In this document: positions 31,373 to 41,831 of the stretch, piece after piece
How the letters are laid out: each line of letters opens with the position of its first letter
How positions within the stretch are numbered: the stretch's first letter is position 1
Source: an uncultured Ectothiorhodospiraceae bacterium
Lineage (GTDB): Bacteria > Pseudomonadota > Gammaproteobacteria > GCA-002705445 > GCA-002716945
Assembly (NCBI GenBank): GCA_964342155.1
Contig: CAYFEQ010000006.1
Coordinates: 2,245-66,244 of the forward strand
Length of the DNA: 64,000 bases
Direction of reading: 5' to 3'
The notes under the pieces: generated by a model
What the model was told of the DNA's origin: nothing
The model's input: only the letters and a program-made list of their open reading frames with translations
Database searches by the model: none
Made by a program: the position numbers and the translations under genes

Positions 31373-32330
31373 TTTCTCCTTTTTTATCTTTTCGTATTAA
31401 CTTAGCTAGCTCATCAAGTTTTTTAAATCTTGCTTGGTTTTTTCTCCAAGAAGAAGCAGTTTCAACAGTTGTGCCAGAAGCATATTGACCTGGTGTGTCA
31501 ATGGAGCATGTGACCATGGTCATACCATTAATATGAACATCATCTACTATCGTAATATGTCCATTTAAACCAGCGCCGCCGCCAATTGTGCAATTTCTTC
31601 CAATTATTGTGCTTCCTGCTATTCCAACACATGCTGCTATTGCAGTATTTTCACCAATTATGACATTATGTGCTATATGGACTTGGTTATCTATTTTTAC
31701 ATTACTTTTAATAACAGTGCTATCTATAGCAGCTCTATCAATTGTAGTCCCTGAACCAATTTCTACTCCATCTTCAATAATAACATTGCCTATTTGAGAA
31801 ACCTTCTTCCATTGCTTTTCATGCATGACTAGTCCAAAACCATCTGAACCAATAATAGCTCCCGGATGTATGATCACATCATCGCCAATAAATGTGTAAT
31901 CATTAACTACTACATTTGGGTAGATAATAGTATTTTTTCCAATATGAACTCCTTTACCTATAGAAACATTCTCTGCTATCTTAGAACTTGGATCAATCGA
32001 ATTACCTATTGAATCCTGATTATCAAGTAAAGCACTATTTTTTGAATCAACGCAATCATTAACAATTCTAGAAAAAATATATAGCGGTTCATCAGTTATT
32101 ATGCAAGGGACATTAATTTGTTTGGATAGTTTTTCAGTAGCTATTACAGCTGAAAGAATCGAGTCATTGAGATTGTTCAATAGGTGGCTATTAGCTAGAT
32201 ATGAAAGACCATTTTTCTTCATGTTAGCAATACTGCAAATGCAATCTACTTTGATAATGTTAGTAGTATTTACAGTACAGTTGTATTTTTCAGAAAGTTC
32301 CTGAATTGAATATTCTTTATTGAGTTTCAT
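31362..32330 (-). CDS. lpxD: UDP-3-O-(3-hydroxyacyl)glucosamine N-acyltransferase
   Basis: 322 aa; an N-terminal uridine-binding domain plus hexapeptide repeats; downstream of skp. Confidence 0.9.
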   Translation of the reverse strand: MKLNKEYSIQELSEKYNCTVNTTNIIKVDCICSIANMKKNGLSYLANSHLLNNLNDSILSAVIATEKLSKQINVPCIITDEPLYIFSRIVNDCVDSKNSALLDNQDSIGNSIDPSSKIAENVSIGKGVHIGKNTIIYPNVVVNDYTFIGDDVIIHPGAIIGSDGFGLVMHEKQWKKVSQIGNVIIEDGVEIGSGTTIDRAAIDSTVIKSNVKIDNQVHIAHNVIIGENTAIAACVGIAGSTIIGRNCTIGGGAGLNGHITIVDDVHINGMTMVTCSIDTPGQYASGTTVETASSWRKNQARFKKLDELAKLIRKDKKGENDE

Positions 32331-32842
32331 TATTCTAGTTCAGATATGATATCTTGAGTTATATCTAGATGATTCTTCCTATAAAGGGTTGTACCATCAG
32401 ACCTTATTATTAAATCAAAATCATTATCTTTAGCATATTCATTTATGGCATTTTCAACAGTTACTTTAATCTTCTCTAATTCAGTTCCTCTAACTGTCTC
32501 AAAATCTTTACCAAATTTTTCAGCTTCTGAACGTAATTTCAATTCAACTTTTTGAATTTCTTTTATCAATGACTCTTTTTCAGCTTTAGCCATTACTTTT
32601 TCATTTTTTAAATATTTATTATTGAGCGAAGTTAATTCAGTTTCCATTGTTTTTAGCTGTCTTTGTCTTGGATCAAATTGTTTTTTTATTTTTGCTTGCG
32701 ACTCTCTCCACATCGGTATTTCTTTTAGAATAACACCTAGATTAACTAACCCAATTTTTAAATCTTCTGAAAATACCGGCTTAGTCATAAATGTCAGAAC
32801 AGTAATAAGTAATATGGATAATATTTTTTTATTTTTATGCAT
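32330..32842 (-). CDS. skp: Periplasmic chaperone Skp (OmpH)
   Basis: 170 aa; a signal peptide and a coiled-coil Lys/Glu-rich body; between bamA and lpxD. Confidence 0.8.
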   Translation of the reverse strand: MHKNKKILSILLITVLTFMTKPVFSEDLKIGLVNLGVILKEIPMWRESQAKIKKQFDPRQRQLKTMETELTSLNNKYLKNEKVMAKAEKESLIKEIQKVELKLRSEAEKFGKDFETVRGTELEKIKVTVENAINEYAKDNDFDLIIRSDGTTLYRKNHLDITQDIISELE

Positions 32843-35209
32843 TTAAAAACTTCCTCCTAATGTAAAAACAACTGGCTGTGTATCATCACCGGTTTTCTTT
32901 TTAAACGCCTCTACAAACCCAAATGTTACAGCTCCTACTGGAGTAATAAAATCTACTTGTATTCCATAGCTCGCTCTAAGTTCATCATATTCAAAATCAT
33001 TAAATTTTTCAAATACATTTCCTATATCAGTGAATAATGATAATCGCATTGTTCTAGAACCAATTCCAAGCATTGGAGGTGGAGGAAAAACCCAGTTGAA
33101 TTGAGCAACTGCAACAAAGTCACCTCCTATTGAGTCACATGTTTTTGCGGTACAACCATGAGTTGCACTTGAATCATTATATGTTAATGGTCCAAGACTA
33201 GCAGCTTTAAAACCTCTAACAGATGTCGAGCCGCCTGCAAAAAACTTTGAATGAAACGGGACTGATGTAGAACCAAATAGACCAGCTCCTATACCAACTT
33301 GAGTATTGAGTCTAAATACTGTATCCCAATCAAATAAACCAAATGTTTCAAATAAATATGGAACATTGTATTCACCCTTAAAAAGTGCTGTAGTATATGC
33401 CGCTCCAGTTACAGGTAAAAAGACATCAGCAGTGAAAGAGTTGAGTACTCCAGTTCGGGCAAAAACAGTTCTATCTCTAGTATCATTAACGTATGTAGCT
33501 TTTAGTTTTGCACCAAGTGAATTTTTTCCCCATTCATCTATATGGTGAGTTACGACAATCGGTGACCCCAATGTTGTAGTATAACTAGTATAAAGAAGAT
33601 CGTAACCAATCCCAAATGAATCTGTTTCAGATATCGGAGTACTGTAAAAAACTCCTCCGCCAAATGTATCCGCAATGTATGTAGCTGTTGATGTAGAACT
33701 TACATCTGTTTCAGCATAAACAAGATTATTTGTTTTTGAAATTCCATCTGGAGTATAATAAGGATCTGTATAATACAAAGTCAGTTTTTGAGTTACATTG
33801 CTTTGTGCTGCATCTAAAGTGATGTTATTACCTGTACCAAGGAAATTGTCTTGTTGAACTTTAATATTGAAAAGTGTTCCATTAGTATCAGACCAGCCAG
33901 CGCCGACTTTAAATTCACCAGATGCTCTTTCACTAATTTCAAAAATAATGTCAACTTGATCATCGCTATCAAAAACCCTTACTTTTTTTACATCTACATT
34001 GTCTACATACTTTAATCTTTGTAGCCTAATTTTTGATCTTTCTATTTTACTATTAGAATGTAAAGATGATTCAAATTGTCTAATTTCTCTCCTATAAACT
34101 TCATCATTTGTATTTTCATTTCCAGTAATATTGATTCTTCTAACTATAGTTCTCGAACCAGGATTTACTCTAAATTCGACATCCACTATCTGTGTTTCGT
34201 CATTTATGATAGGAACCGCAACAATTTCAGGAAAGGCATAGCCCTTATCTCCAAGTAAAAAAGATAATCTATTTTTAGTTACTTCAATTTTAGCTCGAGA
34301 AAATAATTCACCTGGTTTAACAATACGCTTAACAGCTGCTTTAGCATCGTCTGGTGGGATTATGGTATTACCATATAATTTTAAATCACCAAATTCATAA
34401 ACATCTCCTTCTTCTAAACTAATTGTAATATATATATCTTTGTTATTATTCGATAAATTTACTTGATGAGATAAAATCTGAAAACGGACATAACCTTGAT
34501 TTAAATAAAAATCTCTTATTTTATCCAAATCTGATTGAAGTTTTGGTCCGGAATATACATCTTTGTCTGACCAAAAATCATAAAATGCGGCTGTACCAGA
34601 ATCCATCAAGCGAGTGATTTGTTTATAATTAAATGCTTTATTGCCTATAACATTTATACCTTGAATTGTAGACGCTTCTCCCTCATCTATTAATAAAGCT
34701 ACAGTTACCCTATTACGCTCAAGTGTAATAACAGAAGTGTCAATCCTTGCATCATATCTACCTCTATCATAATATAGTCGCACTAATTCCTGCTCTACTT
34801 TATCAAAGATATTTTTATCAAAAGGTCGAGCTCTTGATATTCCCACATTCTCTAAGGCCTCAATTACATCATCAGATTCAACTATCTTATTACCTTCAAT
34901 CATAATTTCTGAGATGATTGGTTTTTCTTTCACGCTTATAATTAAAGTATTAAAATCTAAAACTACATCAATGTCATCAAAGTATTTAGTTGAATATAGC
35001 TTTTTAATAATATTTCCGGTGAGAGTGCTAGAAAAAGTGTCTCCTTCTTCAACTTCTGCATAGGAAAGTACAGTATTTGTGCTTACCCTCTCATTACCTT
35101 TAACAACAATCTTATTGATAGTAGTTCCATTTTCAGCATTCACAAATACTGGATTACAAATTAATAATAAGAAAATTATTAGTGTTGTGCAGATTTTATA
35201 TCTGCTCAT
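32843..35209 (-). CDS. bamA: Outer membrane protein assembly factor BamA
   Basis: 788 aa; a signal peptide, POTRA repeats and a C-terminal beta-barrel ending in an aromatic residue (..GGSF). Confidence 0.9.
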   Translation of the reverse strand: MSRYKICTTLIIFLLLICNPVFVNAENGTTINKIVVKGNERVSTNTVLSYAEVEEGDTFSSTLTGNIIKKLYSTKYFDDIDVVLDFNTLIISVKEKPIISEIMIEGNKIVESDDVIEALENVGISRARPFDKNIFDKVEQELVRLYYDRGRYDARIDTSVITLERNRVTVALLIDEGEASTIQGINVIGNKAFNYKQITRLMDSGTAAFYDFWSDKDVYSGPKLQSDLDKIRDFYLNQGYVRFQILSHQVNLSNNNKDIYITISLEEGDVYEFGDLKLYGNTIIPPDDAKAAVKRIVKPGELFSRAKIEVTKNRLSFLLGDKGYAFPEIVAVPIINDETQIVDVEFRVNPGSRTIVRRINITGNENTNDEVYRREIRQFESSLHSNSKIERSKIRLQRLKYVDNVDVKKVRVFDSDDQVDIIFEISERASGEFKVGAGWSDTNGTLFNIKVQQDNFLGTGNNITLDAAQSNVTQKLTLYYTDPYYTPDGISKTNNLVYAETDVSSTSTATYIADTFGGGVFYSTPISETDSFGIGYDLLYTSYTTTLGSPIVVTHHIDEWGKNSLGAKLKATYVNDTRDRTVFARTGVLNSFTADVFLPVTGAAYTTALFKGEYNVPYLFETFGLFDWDTVFRLNTQVGIGAGLFGSTSVPFHSKFFAGGSTSVRGFKAASLGPLTYNDSSATHGCTAKTCDSIGGDFVAVAQFNWVFPPPPMLGIGSRTMRLSLFTDIGNVFEKFNDFEYDELRASYGIQVDFITPVGAVTFGFVEAFKKKTGDDTQPVVFTLGGSF

Positions 35210-36561
35210 GAAAATAACCTCAGAAAATCATTATAAAAGGCCAGTATCATAATTCCAAATAAAATTACCAAACCGATTTGTTGACCGACTAATTGAACTC
35301 TTTCTGAAATAGGATTGCCTGTTAAAATTTCAAAAAGATAGAACATTAAATGTCCTCCATCAAGCATTGGTATTGGAAGTAAGTTTAAGATACCAAGACT
35401 GATGCTTAAAATTGCTAAAATATATGCAAAATACACTATTCCCATTGTTAATGACTTGCCGGTATATTCAGCAATACTAATAGGGCCGCTAATATTTTTT
35501 AAATTAGCTTGCCCGGTAAACAATTTATAAATCATTTTTAATGTTAATAAGGAGTATTGGTAAGTCAAAATGAACGAATGATGTACTGAATTAAAAAAAG
35601 AATAAGCTACTGTAACTTTGTATTGTTCCAGACTGCTTGTATCAGCAGTTACTCCTGCAAAACCAAATATTTTTTTATCTATTTCTTTTTGAGTAGGAAT
35701 AAGCAATGTTTTTTGTTCTTTATTATCACGTATTAGTGTAATTTCTAACTCATTATTAGGATTATCTTTAATAGTTTGGGTCCAGTCAGTCCAATTGCTA
35801 ACATCTTTGCCATTTATGGATTGAATAAAATCACCTGCCTTAAGCCCAGCTAAAGAAGCTGGAGTATTTGGTTGAACCCCACCAATAATTGGCAATAAGT
35901 TTGGTTGACTTGGTTGTATACCAAGATTTCTAATAATATCTCCTTCTTTTTGCAATATCTCATCATAATTTATTGCTAAATTGATAGTATAATCTTTGTC
36001 AGTATCATCCTTTAAATATAAAGTTATTGGTTTTCTATCTACAGTACTATTTAAAATCTCAATTCTTACATCCTGCCACCTTTTTGTGTATTGATCATTA
36101 ACCTTATATATTTCCATATTATTAACTTGAAGAGCTAATCCAGAATTATGTATAGAGTCTACAGAATCAACTATTGGTTTAATTCCTGAAATACCTTTGA
36201 AATGGACAAAGGTAAAAAAAATAATAGCCAGTATCAAATTAAAAACTGGTCCTGCGGCAACTATAAGGAATCTTTTATACACATTTTGCTTATCAAAACA
36301 ATATTCTAGATCTGAGTGTTGATCAGATACCTCATGAGACTCAAGCATCTTGACATAACCGCCAAGTGGTATTAGCCCAATACTATATTCAGTATCATTC
36401 CCCTTAAATTTTTTAGTATATATATTTTTTCCAAATCCAATGGAGAAATTAAGCACTTTCACATTACATAATCGTGCAACATAGTAATGCCCAAACTCAT
36501 GGAATGTTACCAGTATTCCAATTGCAATAATAAATCCTAATATGCTAACTAAAATTTCCAT
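35206..36561 (-). CDS. rseP: Regulator of sigma-E protease RseP (site-2 zinc metalloprotease)
   Basis: HEFGHY zinc motif, PDZ domain and a C-terminal LDGG motif; 451 aa. Confidence 0.9.
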   Translation of the reverse strand: MEILVSILGFIIAIGILVTFHEFGHYYVARLCNVKVLNFSIGFGKNIYTKKFKGNDTEYSIGLIPLGGYVKMLESHEVSDQHSDLEYCFDKQNVYKRFLIVAAGPVFNLILAIIFFTFVHFKGISGIKPIVDSVDSIHNSGLALQVNNMEIYKVNDQYTKRWQDVRIEILNSTVDRKPITLYLKDDTDKDYTINLAINYDEILQKEGDIIRNLGIQPSQPNLLPIIGGVQPNTPASLAGLKAGDFIQSINGKDVSNWTDWTQTIKDNPNNELEITLIRDNKEQKTLLIPTQKEIDKKIFGFAGVTADTSSLEQYKVTVAYSFFNSVHHSFILTYQYSLLTLKMIYKLFTGQANLKNISGPISIAEYTGKSLTMGIVYFAYILAILSISLGILNLLPIPMLDGGHLMFYLFEILTGNPISERVQLVGQQIGLVILFGIMILAFYNDFLRLFS

Positions 36562-37753
36562 TACTTTTTCTTCTTATTAATTCAGTTGTGAATTCACGTG
36601 TTACCCTATCATCTTCAAGGATTTTATCTATAGAAGTGCTTTTTCTTACTGCAACTTCATTTAGAGCTTTCTCAATTATAACTGGAATATCAGTAAATTT
36701 TATCTTATTTTTAAGAAAATTGTTTACACTTATTTCATTTGCCGCGTTAAGTATTGTGGGTGCATTTTTACCTATTTTTATGGCATCATATGCCAACTCT
36801 AAACATCTAAATTTCCTTCTATCAACTTTCTTAAAAGTTAGGTTTTTTACCTTTATCAAATCTAATTTATTCATAGATAAATTAAACCTAGATGGATAAG
36901 AAAGAGCAAAACTTATTGGAACTCTCATATCATGATTACTCATATGAGATATAGTTGCACCATCTTTAAATGCGACCATTGCATGTATGATGCTTTGCTC
37001 ATGAATTAGAACCTCAATTTTTTTTGGATTAATACCAAATAAAAGATGAGCTTCAATCAACTCCAACCCTTTATTCATCATTGTTGCAGAATCAACAGAA
37101 ATTTTTTTTCCCATTCTCCAGTTTGGGTGTTTGGTGGCCTGGTTAGGGGTGACATTACTTAATTTTGCTAAATTAAAATTAAGGAAAGGGCCGCCAGATG
37201 CTGTCAAAGAAATCTTATCTATGTGTTCCTCATAATAACGAGTATTTCCTATTTTATAATCTAATCCTGACGCAAGTAATATTTGAAGAATAGAATTATG
37301 CTCACTATCAACTGGGATAATAAGAGACTTAGATTTTTTTGCAGCTCTAATTAATAAATCTCCTGACATTATCAAAGATTCTTTGTTTGCAAGGAATACT
37401 GTTTTTCCTGCTTTGATCGCATAATATGTTGGTTCCAAAGCGGCAGAGCCTACAATAGCAGACATGACACTATTACAGCCTTTATGCGTTGATACATAAA
37501 GCAATTCTTTAAGACCACATAAGATTTTAGTTTTGTATCTGTTTTTTTTGCATAAGGCTTCTAGTTTTTCAGCACTAGCTGGGCATACTAATACGGCATA
37601 TTTAGGCTTATATAATTTAATTTGATTAAATAATATTTTGAAATTGGATTTTGCTGTAAGTGCAAAAATTTGATAATTTTTTGCAGTTTTTGAAATTACT
37701 GATAAAGTATTTATCCCAATCGTACTTGTTGAGCCTAGTATAGTTATTTTCAT
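36545..37753 (-). CDS. dxr: 1-deoxy-D-xylulose 5-phosphate reductoisomerase
   Basis: N-terminal ILGSTSTIG motif. The start is probably the internal MKITILG, abutting the cdsA stop; the track ORF extends to 37768. Confidence 0.9.
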   Translation of the reverse strand: MKITILGSTSTIGINTLSVISKTAKNYQIFALTAKSNFKILFNQIKLYKPKYAVLVCPASAEKLEALCKKNRYKTKILCGLKELLYVSTHKGCNSVMSAIVGSAALEPTYYAIKAGKTVFLANKESLIMSGDLLIRAAKKSKSLIIPVDSEHNSILQILLASGLDYKIGNTRYYEEHIDKISLTASGGPFLNFNLAKLSNVTPNQATKHPNWRMGKKISVDSATMMNKGLELIEAHLLFGINPKKIEVLIHEQSIIHAMVAFKDGATISHMSNHDMRVPISFALSYPSRFNLSMNKLDLIKVKNLTFKKVDRRKFRCLELAYDAIKIGKNAPTILNAANEISVNNFLKNKIKFTDIPVIIEKALNEVAVRKSTSIDKILEDDRVTREFTTELIRRKSNGNFS

Positions 37754-38604
37754 TAGAGGAACAACCATAATTGAAAAATAGGTATGACTGGTAAATAGCT
37801 ATCAATCCTGTCTAATATGCCCCCATGTCCAGGTAAAATACTTCCTGTGTCCTTAACTGCATAAAATCTTTTTATTGAGCTAATGAACAAATCTCCTAGA
37901 CTAGTAAAAACACAACATATTAAAATAAATAAAAAATCTATGATTAAAAACTCTATATTCAAAAAATATATCAATATAATATAAGCTATTACAATAGGGA
38001 ATATCAATGATGATAAAAACCCTTCAACTGTTTTATTGGGACTTATTCTTGGACATAATGGAATTGAACCAAAATTTTTTCCTACAATATATGCGGAAGT
38101 ATCGGAGAATGACACTAATATAAATAAAAAAATGAAATAATAATTTAAATTATCCCCAATTGATTGATGAGAAAATATTAATCCTCTAGTATCTGTCAAA
38201 AGGGTGGCATCAGATAAATTAAAAGATAGCAACAAATACCAAGAGCATAACATCACAAAAGATGCCAATAGAATTGGAAAGTTTTGAAGAGTGTATTTAA
38301 TGGTTCTAGATCCAAACAACATATCTAGAGAAACAATAGCCCAAAATAAAAGATATATGGTGTTGATAGTGGTTGTTAGGTTGAAATTACTAAAGTTAAT
38401 TAATAAGGCCATTGAAGAAATAAATAGAATTAATATAATTTTTCTCTTCATAGGATCAACATTCATTACACCTATCCATTCATTAAATGCCAATATAGCA
38501 ATGATTGAAAGAATTAAACCAAATACTATAGGATTAAAAAAGACTAATACTATAATAAAAAAACCAGCTAGAAAAATAGCTGTTATAGTTCTGTTAAACA
38601 TCAT
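37753..38604 (-). CDS. cdsA: Phosphatidate cytidylyltransferase
   Basis: 283 aa polytopic membrane protein with the C-terminal CTP-transferase signature (SxxKRxxxxKDxGxxxPGHGGxxDRxD). Confidence 0.85.
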   Translation of the reverse strand: MMFNRTITAIFLAGFFIIVLVFFNPIVFGLILSIIAILAFNEWIGVMNVDPMKRKIILILFISSMALLINFSNFNLTTTINTIYLLFWAIVSLDMLFGSRTIKYTLQNFPILLASFVMLCSWYLLLSFNLSDATLLTDTRGLIFSHQSIGDNLNYYFIFLFILVSFSDTSAYIVGKNFGSIPLCPRISPNKTVEGFLSSLIFPIVIAYIILIYFLNIEFLIIDFLFILICCVFTSLGDLFISSIKRFYAVKDTGSILPGHGGILDRIDSYLPVIPIFQLWLFL

Positions 38605-39325
38605 TTTTTACTGATGATTTATCTTGACCGAGTGCCCCAAACTTTCTTTCTCTTTCTTGAAACCATTTTATAGCTTGATCTAAATCAGATATATCAAAAT
38701 CCGGCCATAAACATTCAGTAAAATATAATTCTGTATAGGCATGTTGCCACAATAAAAAATTACTTAATCTATATTCTCCGCCAGTTCTAATGAGAAGATC
38801 GGGGCAATTTGAATAGGTTGAGAGATATTTTTCTATGTTATCTTCTGTTATGTCAGCTATATCAATTTTATATTTTTTTTCTTCAGCCAACTTTCTAAAA
38901 GCATTTAGTAGATCCCAACGGCCTCCATAATTTACAGCGAGATTAAGAATCATCCCGGTATTGGAGTTTGTTAATTCTTCAGCATAACGTATCCTGCCTA
39001 TTAATGTTTTTGAAAAATTTTCATAATTTCCGATAAACTTGATTTTAATATTATTACCATCCAACTCAGAAATATATTCATCTATAGATTTCTTAAATAA
39101 AGTCATTAAAAAATCTACTTCATAGTTTGGCCTTTTCCAATTCTCACTACTAAATGCAAAAAGAGTTAATTGCGATATTTGTCTTACTGAACAGGCGCGA
39201 ACAATTTTAGTAATAACTTTCACTCCATTTCGGTGACCATATGCTCTTGGCATATTTCTTTGTTGGGCCCACCTTCCGTTGCCATCCATAATTATTGAGA
39301 TATGCTTAAGGGGTTTATTTGTCAT
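38594..39325 (-). CDS. uppS: Undecaprenyl diphosphate synthase
   Basis: HISIIMDGNGRWA motif, 243 aa. Confidence 0.9.
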   Translation of the reverse strand: MTNKPLKHISIIMDGNGRWAQQRNMPRAYGHRNGVKVITKIVRACSVRQISQLTLFAFSSENWKRPNYEVDFLMTLFKKSIDEYISELDGNNIKIKFIGNYENFSKTLIGRIRYAEELTNSNTGMILNLAVNYGGRWDLLNAFRKLAEEKKYKIDIADITEDNIEKYLSTYSNCPDLLIRTGGEYRLSNFLLWQHAYTELYFTECLWPDFDISDLDQAIKWFQERERKFGALGQDKSSVKNDV

Positions 39326-39327
39326 GC

Positions 39328-39885
39328 TTAGACTTCGCTAATTTCAGTTATCTTTTTAGATATGACTTCTTCGGATGTTTTAATATATTTATCAGTCAAT
39401 TCCTGAATTTCAATTGTATAATCTCTTTCAAAATCTTTTGAAATCTTTTTATCTTTTTCTAAATTACTGATTGAAGTATTAGTATTTCTTCGTATATTTC
39501 TGAGAACAATTTTTGTATTTTCTCCTTCTTTCTTTACAACTTTTATTAATTCCTCTCTTCTATCTTGTGTGAGTGGGGGAATTTTTATATGAATATTCAT
39601 CCCATTAACGGTTGGAGTTAATCCTAATCCAGATTCATGAATGGCTTTTTCAATAGATTGAATAGCGTTTTTATCCCATACATTTAAAGTAATTGTTGAT
39701 CCATCAGTCACACTTATATTAGCTAATTGTTTCAATGGTGTTTTTACATCAAAATAATCAGCTTCTACTTGATCTAACATGCTAGGGTTAGGTCTTCCTG
39801 CTCTGATCTTCCCTAATGATTGATGTAATGAATCAATAGATTTAATCATCAAATTATCAGTTTCTTTTTTTATTTCTTCAAACAT
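39328..39885 (-). CDS. frr: Ribosome recycling factor
   Basis: 185 aa, conserved RRF sequence (..IRAGRPNPSMLD..). Confidence 0.9.
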   Translation of the reverse strand: MFEEIKKETDNLMIKSIDSLHQSLGKIRAGRPNPSMLDQVEADYFDVKTPLKQLANISVTDGSTITLNVWDKNAIQSIEKAIHESGLGLTPTVNGMNIHIKIPPLTQDRREELIKVVKKEGENTKIVLRNIRRNTNTSISNLEKDKKISKDFERDYTIEIQELTDKYIKTSEEVISKKITEISEV

Positions 39886-39965
39886 AATTATAGAGTTTTA
39901 AATATCTATTTTATCATCATAGAGTATATTTTTTAAGTTTTTATAGAGGATATAATAATTAGGTA

Positions 39966-40832
39966 TTACTTAATTTGGTTATAGACTTCTTGTGCAAAAT
40001 CATCCTTTCCTTTATCAATCCCTTCTCCCAGTTGATAACGAACAAAACTGACTATTTTATTATTTTTTATTATTTTTTTTAAGGTTGTAGTATCGTCTTT
40101 TATAAAAGGCTGATTAAGGAGAGTATTACTGTCTAAAAATTTTTTAATTTTACCATCCAAAATATTCCGCTTTATGTCATCTTTTTTGTTTATTTTATCC
40201 AGCTCAGATTTATAAACTTCTTTCTCTGTAGCCAAGATTTTTTTATCCACAGAGTCATGATCAATAGCTATTGGGTTTGATGCTACAATTTGCATTGAAA
40301 TATCTTTACAAAGACTTTCATCTTTTTTTTCTAAAACAACAACAGCACCAATTTTTCCATTATGTACATATCCCCCAATAAAATTATTTGTTTGTTCTTG
40401 CAATATATACCTTCTTATACGTATATTTTCACCAAGTTTAGTTATTATATTTTTTCTTGTATTTTCTATATCTTCATATGTATCTGAGCTCTTATCTATA
40501 TTAAACTCTTTAAAATTAGGAATATTAGATGATAATATTTTTGAAGCTATAGTTTCTACAAAACCCCTAAAATCATCACTCCGGGCTACAAAATCTGTTT
40601 CTGAGTTTACCTCAATTAAAAGAAATTTACTTTTATTTACATGTAAATGAATTAATCCTTCAGCTGCAGTTCGAGCAGATTTTTTATCTGCTTTTACACC
40701 TTCTTCTGATCTCATCAGCTTGATGGCCTTATCTAAATCACCTTCTGCTTTTTTTAAATACTTTTTACAGTCTAAAATCCCAGCTCCAGTTATATCCCTA
40801 AGATCTCTCAAAAGATTTAAATCTTCTTTCAT
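39966..40832 (-). CDS. tsf: Elongation factor Ts
   Basis: 288 aa; the N-terminal UBA-like LRDITGAGILDCKKYL and a dimerisation core. Confidence 0.9.
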   Translation of the reverse strand: MKEDLNLLRDLRDITGAGILDCKKYLKKAEGDLDKAIKLMRSEEGVKADKKSARTAAEGLIHLHVNKSKFLLIEVNSETDFVARSDDFRGFVETIASKILSSNIPNFKEFNIDKSSDTYEDIENTRKNIITKLGENIRIRRYILQEQTNNFIGGYVHNGKIGAVVVLEKKDESLCKDISMQIVASNPIAIDHDSVDKKILATEKEVYKSELDKINKKDDIKRNILDGKIKKFLDSNTLLNQPFIKDDTTTLKKIIKNNKIVSFVRYQLGEGIDKGKDDFAQEVYNQIK

Positions 40833-40840
40833 TGTTATCC

Positions 40841-41695
40841 TTATGTTTTCTTTTCTTCTGATTGTATGTTATCTACTTTTTTCTGTTTTTTTCTATGAGG
40901 AGCTGTGGGTTGTTTAGCTTTAGCATCTACCTTTACTACTTGCTTTTTCTTAACACTTTTTTTATTAGCGGCACTTTTATCTGATGTAGCTGATTTACTA
41001 GGAACCTTGACTATATTCTTTGTTGTGTTAGCTATTTTTTCTGAAATTAGTCTTATAAATAATTCTATTGATTTCATTGAATCATCATTTGCAGGTATCA
41101 TATAATCTACGCCATCATACGAATTATTGCTATCAACCAATGCTATCACAGGAATATTTAGTTTATTTGCTTCCTGTATGGCAATCCTCTCATATCTTGT
41201 ATCAACAACAAATAAAGCATCGGGAGTCTTATCTAAATCTTTTATTCCTTCTAGATTCTTATTCAGTTTAGCAATTAATTTTTTGATTTTGAGAGATTCT
41301 TTCTTTGTAAGATTATTAGTGTGCTCTAAGTCTAATTGTTTTTTTAGACTATCAAGTTTAGAGATTGATTTTTTTACCGTATTAAAGTTTGTGAGCATTC
41401 CGCCCAACCAGCGATTATTAACGTAAGGCATTTTTGCTTCTTTTGCGTATTTTACTATAATTTCTTTTGCCGCTCTTTTAGTTCCCACAAAAAGTATTTT
41501 TGAATTTTTAGAGGCGAGCTCTGTTATATAACCTAATGCTTTACTAAAACTATCAGCGGTTTTTTCCAGATTAATAATGTGGAGTTTCTTGTGTGTTGTA
41601 TATATGTAAGGTTGCATTTTCGGGTTCCAATACTTTGATTGATGACCAAAATGCACACCAGCTTCAAACATTTCTTTTATAGAGATATCAGCCAT
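40841..41695 (-). CDS. rpsB: 30S ribosomal protein S2 with a Lys-rich C-terminal extension
   Basis: N-terminus MADISIKEMFEAGVHFGHQ, identical in pattern to bacterial S2. Confidence 0.95.
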   Translation of the reverse strand: MADISIKEMFEAGVHFGHQSKYWNPKMQPYIYTTHKKLHIINLEKTADSFSKALGYITELASKNSKILFVGTKRAAKEIIVKYAKEAKMPYVNNRWLGGMLTNFNTVKKSISKLDSLKKQLDLEHTNNLTKKESLKIKKLIAKLNKNLEGIKDLDKTPDALFVVDTRYERIAIQEANKLNIPVIALVDSNNSYDGVDYMIPANDDSMKSIELFIRLISEKIANTTKNIVKVPSKSATSDKSAANKKSVKKKQVVKVDAKAKQPTAPHRKKQKKVDNIQSEEKKT

Positions 41696-41831
41696 AAAAA
41701 TTAGTTAGCCCTTTTTAAACTTATTTATAATTTCTTCTAAATTTATCATAATTATATATGTTAGGGAGTTTTTAGCATATTTACATGGATTCAACAATAA
41801 AAATCTGATAATTTGAGCTAAAAAGTGTCAT

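Noticed and set aside
41068-41426. Several 65-99 aa plus-strand ORFs
   Set aside because: All are antisense within rpsB. There is no RBS or conservation signal.
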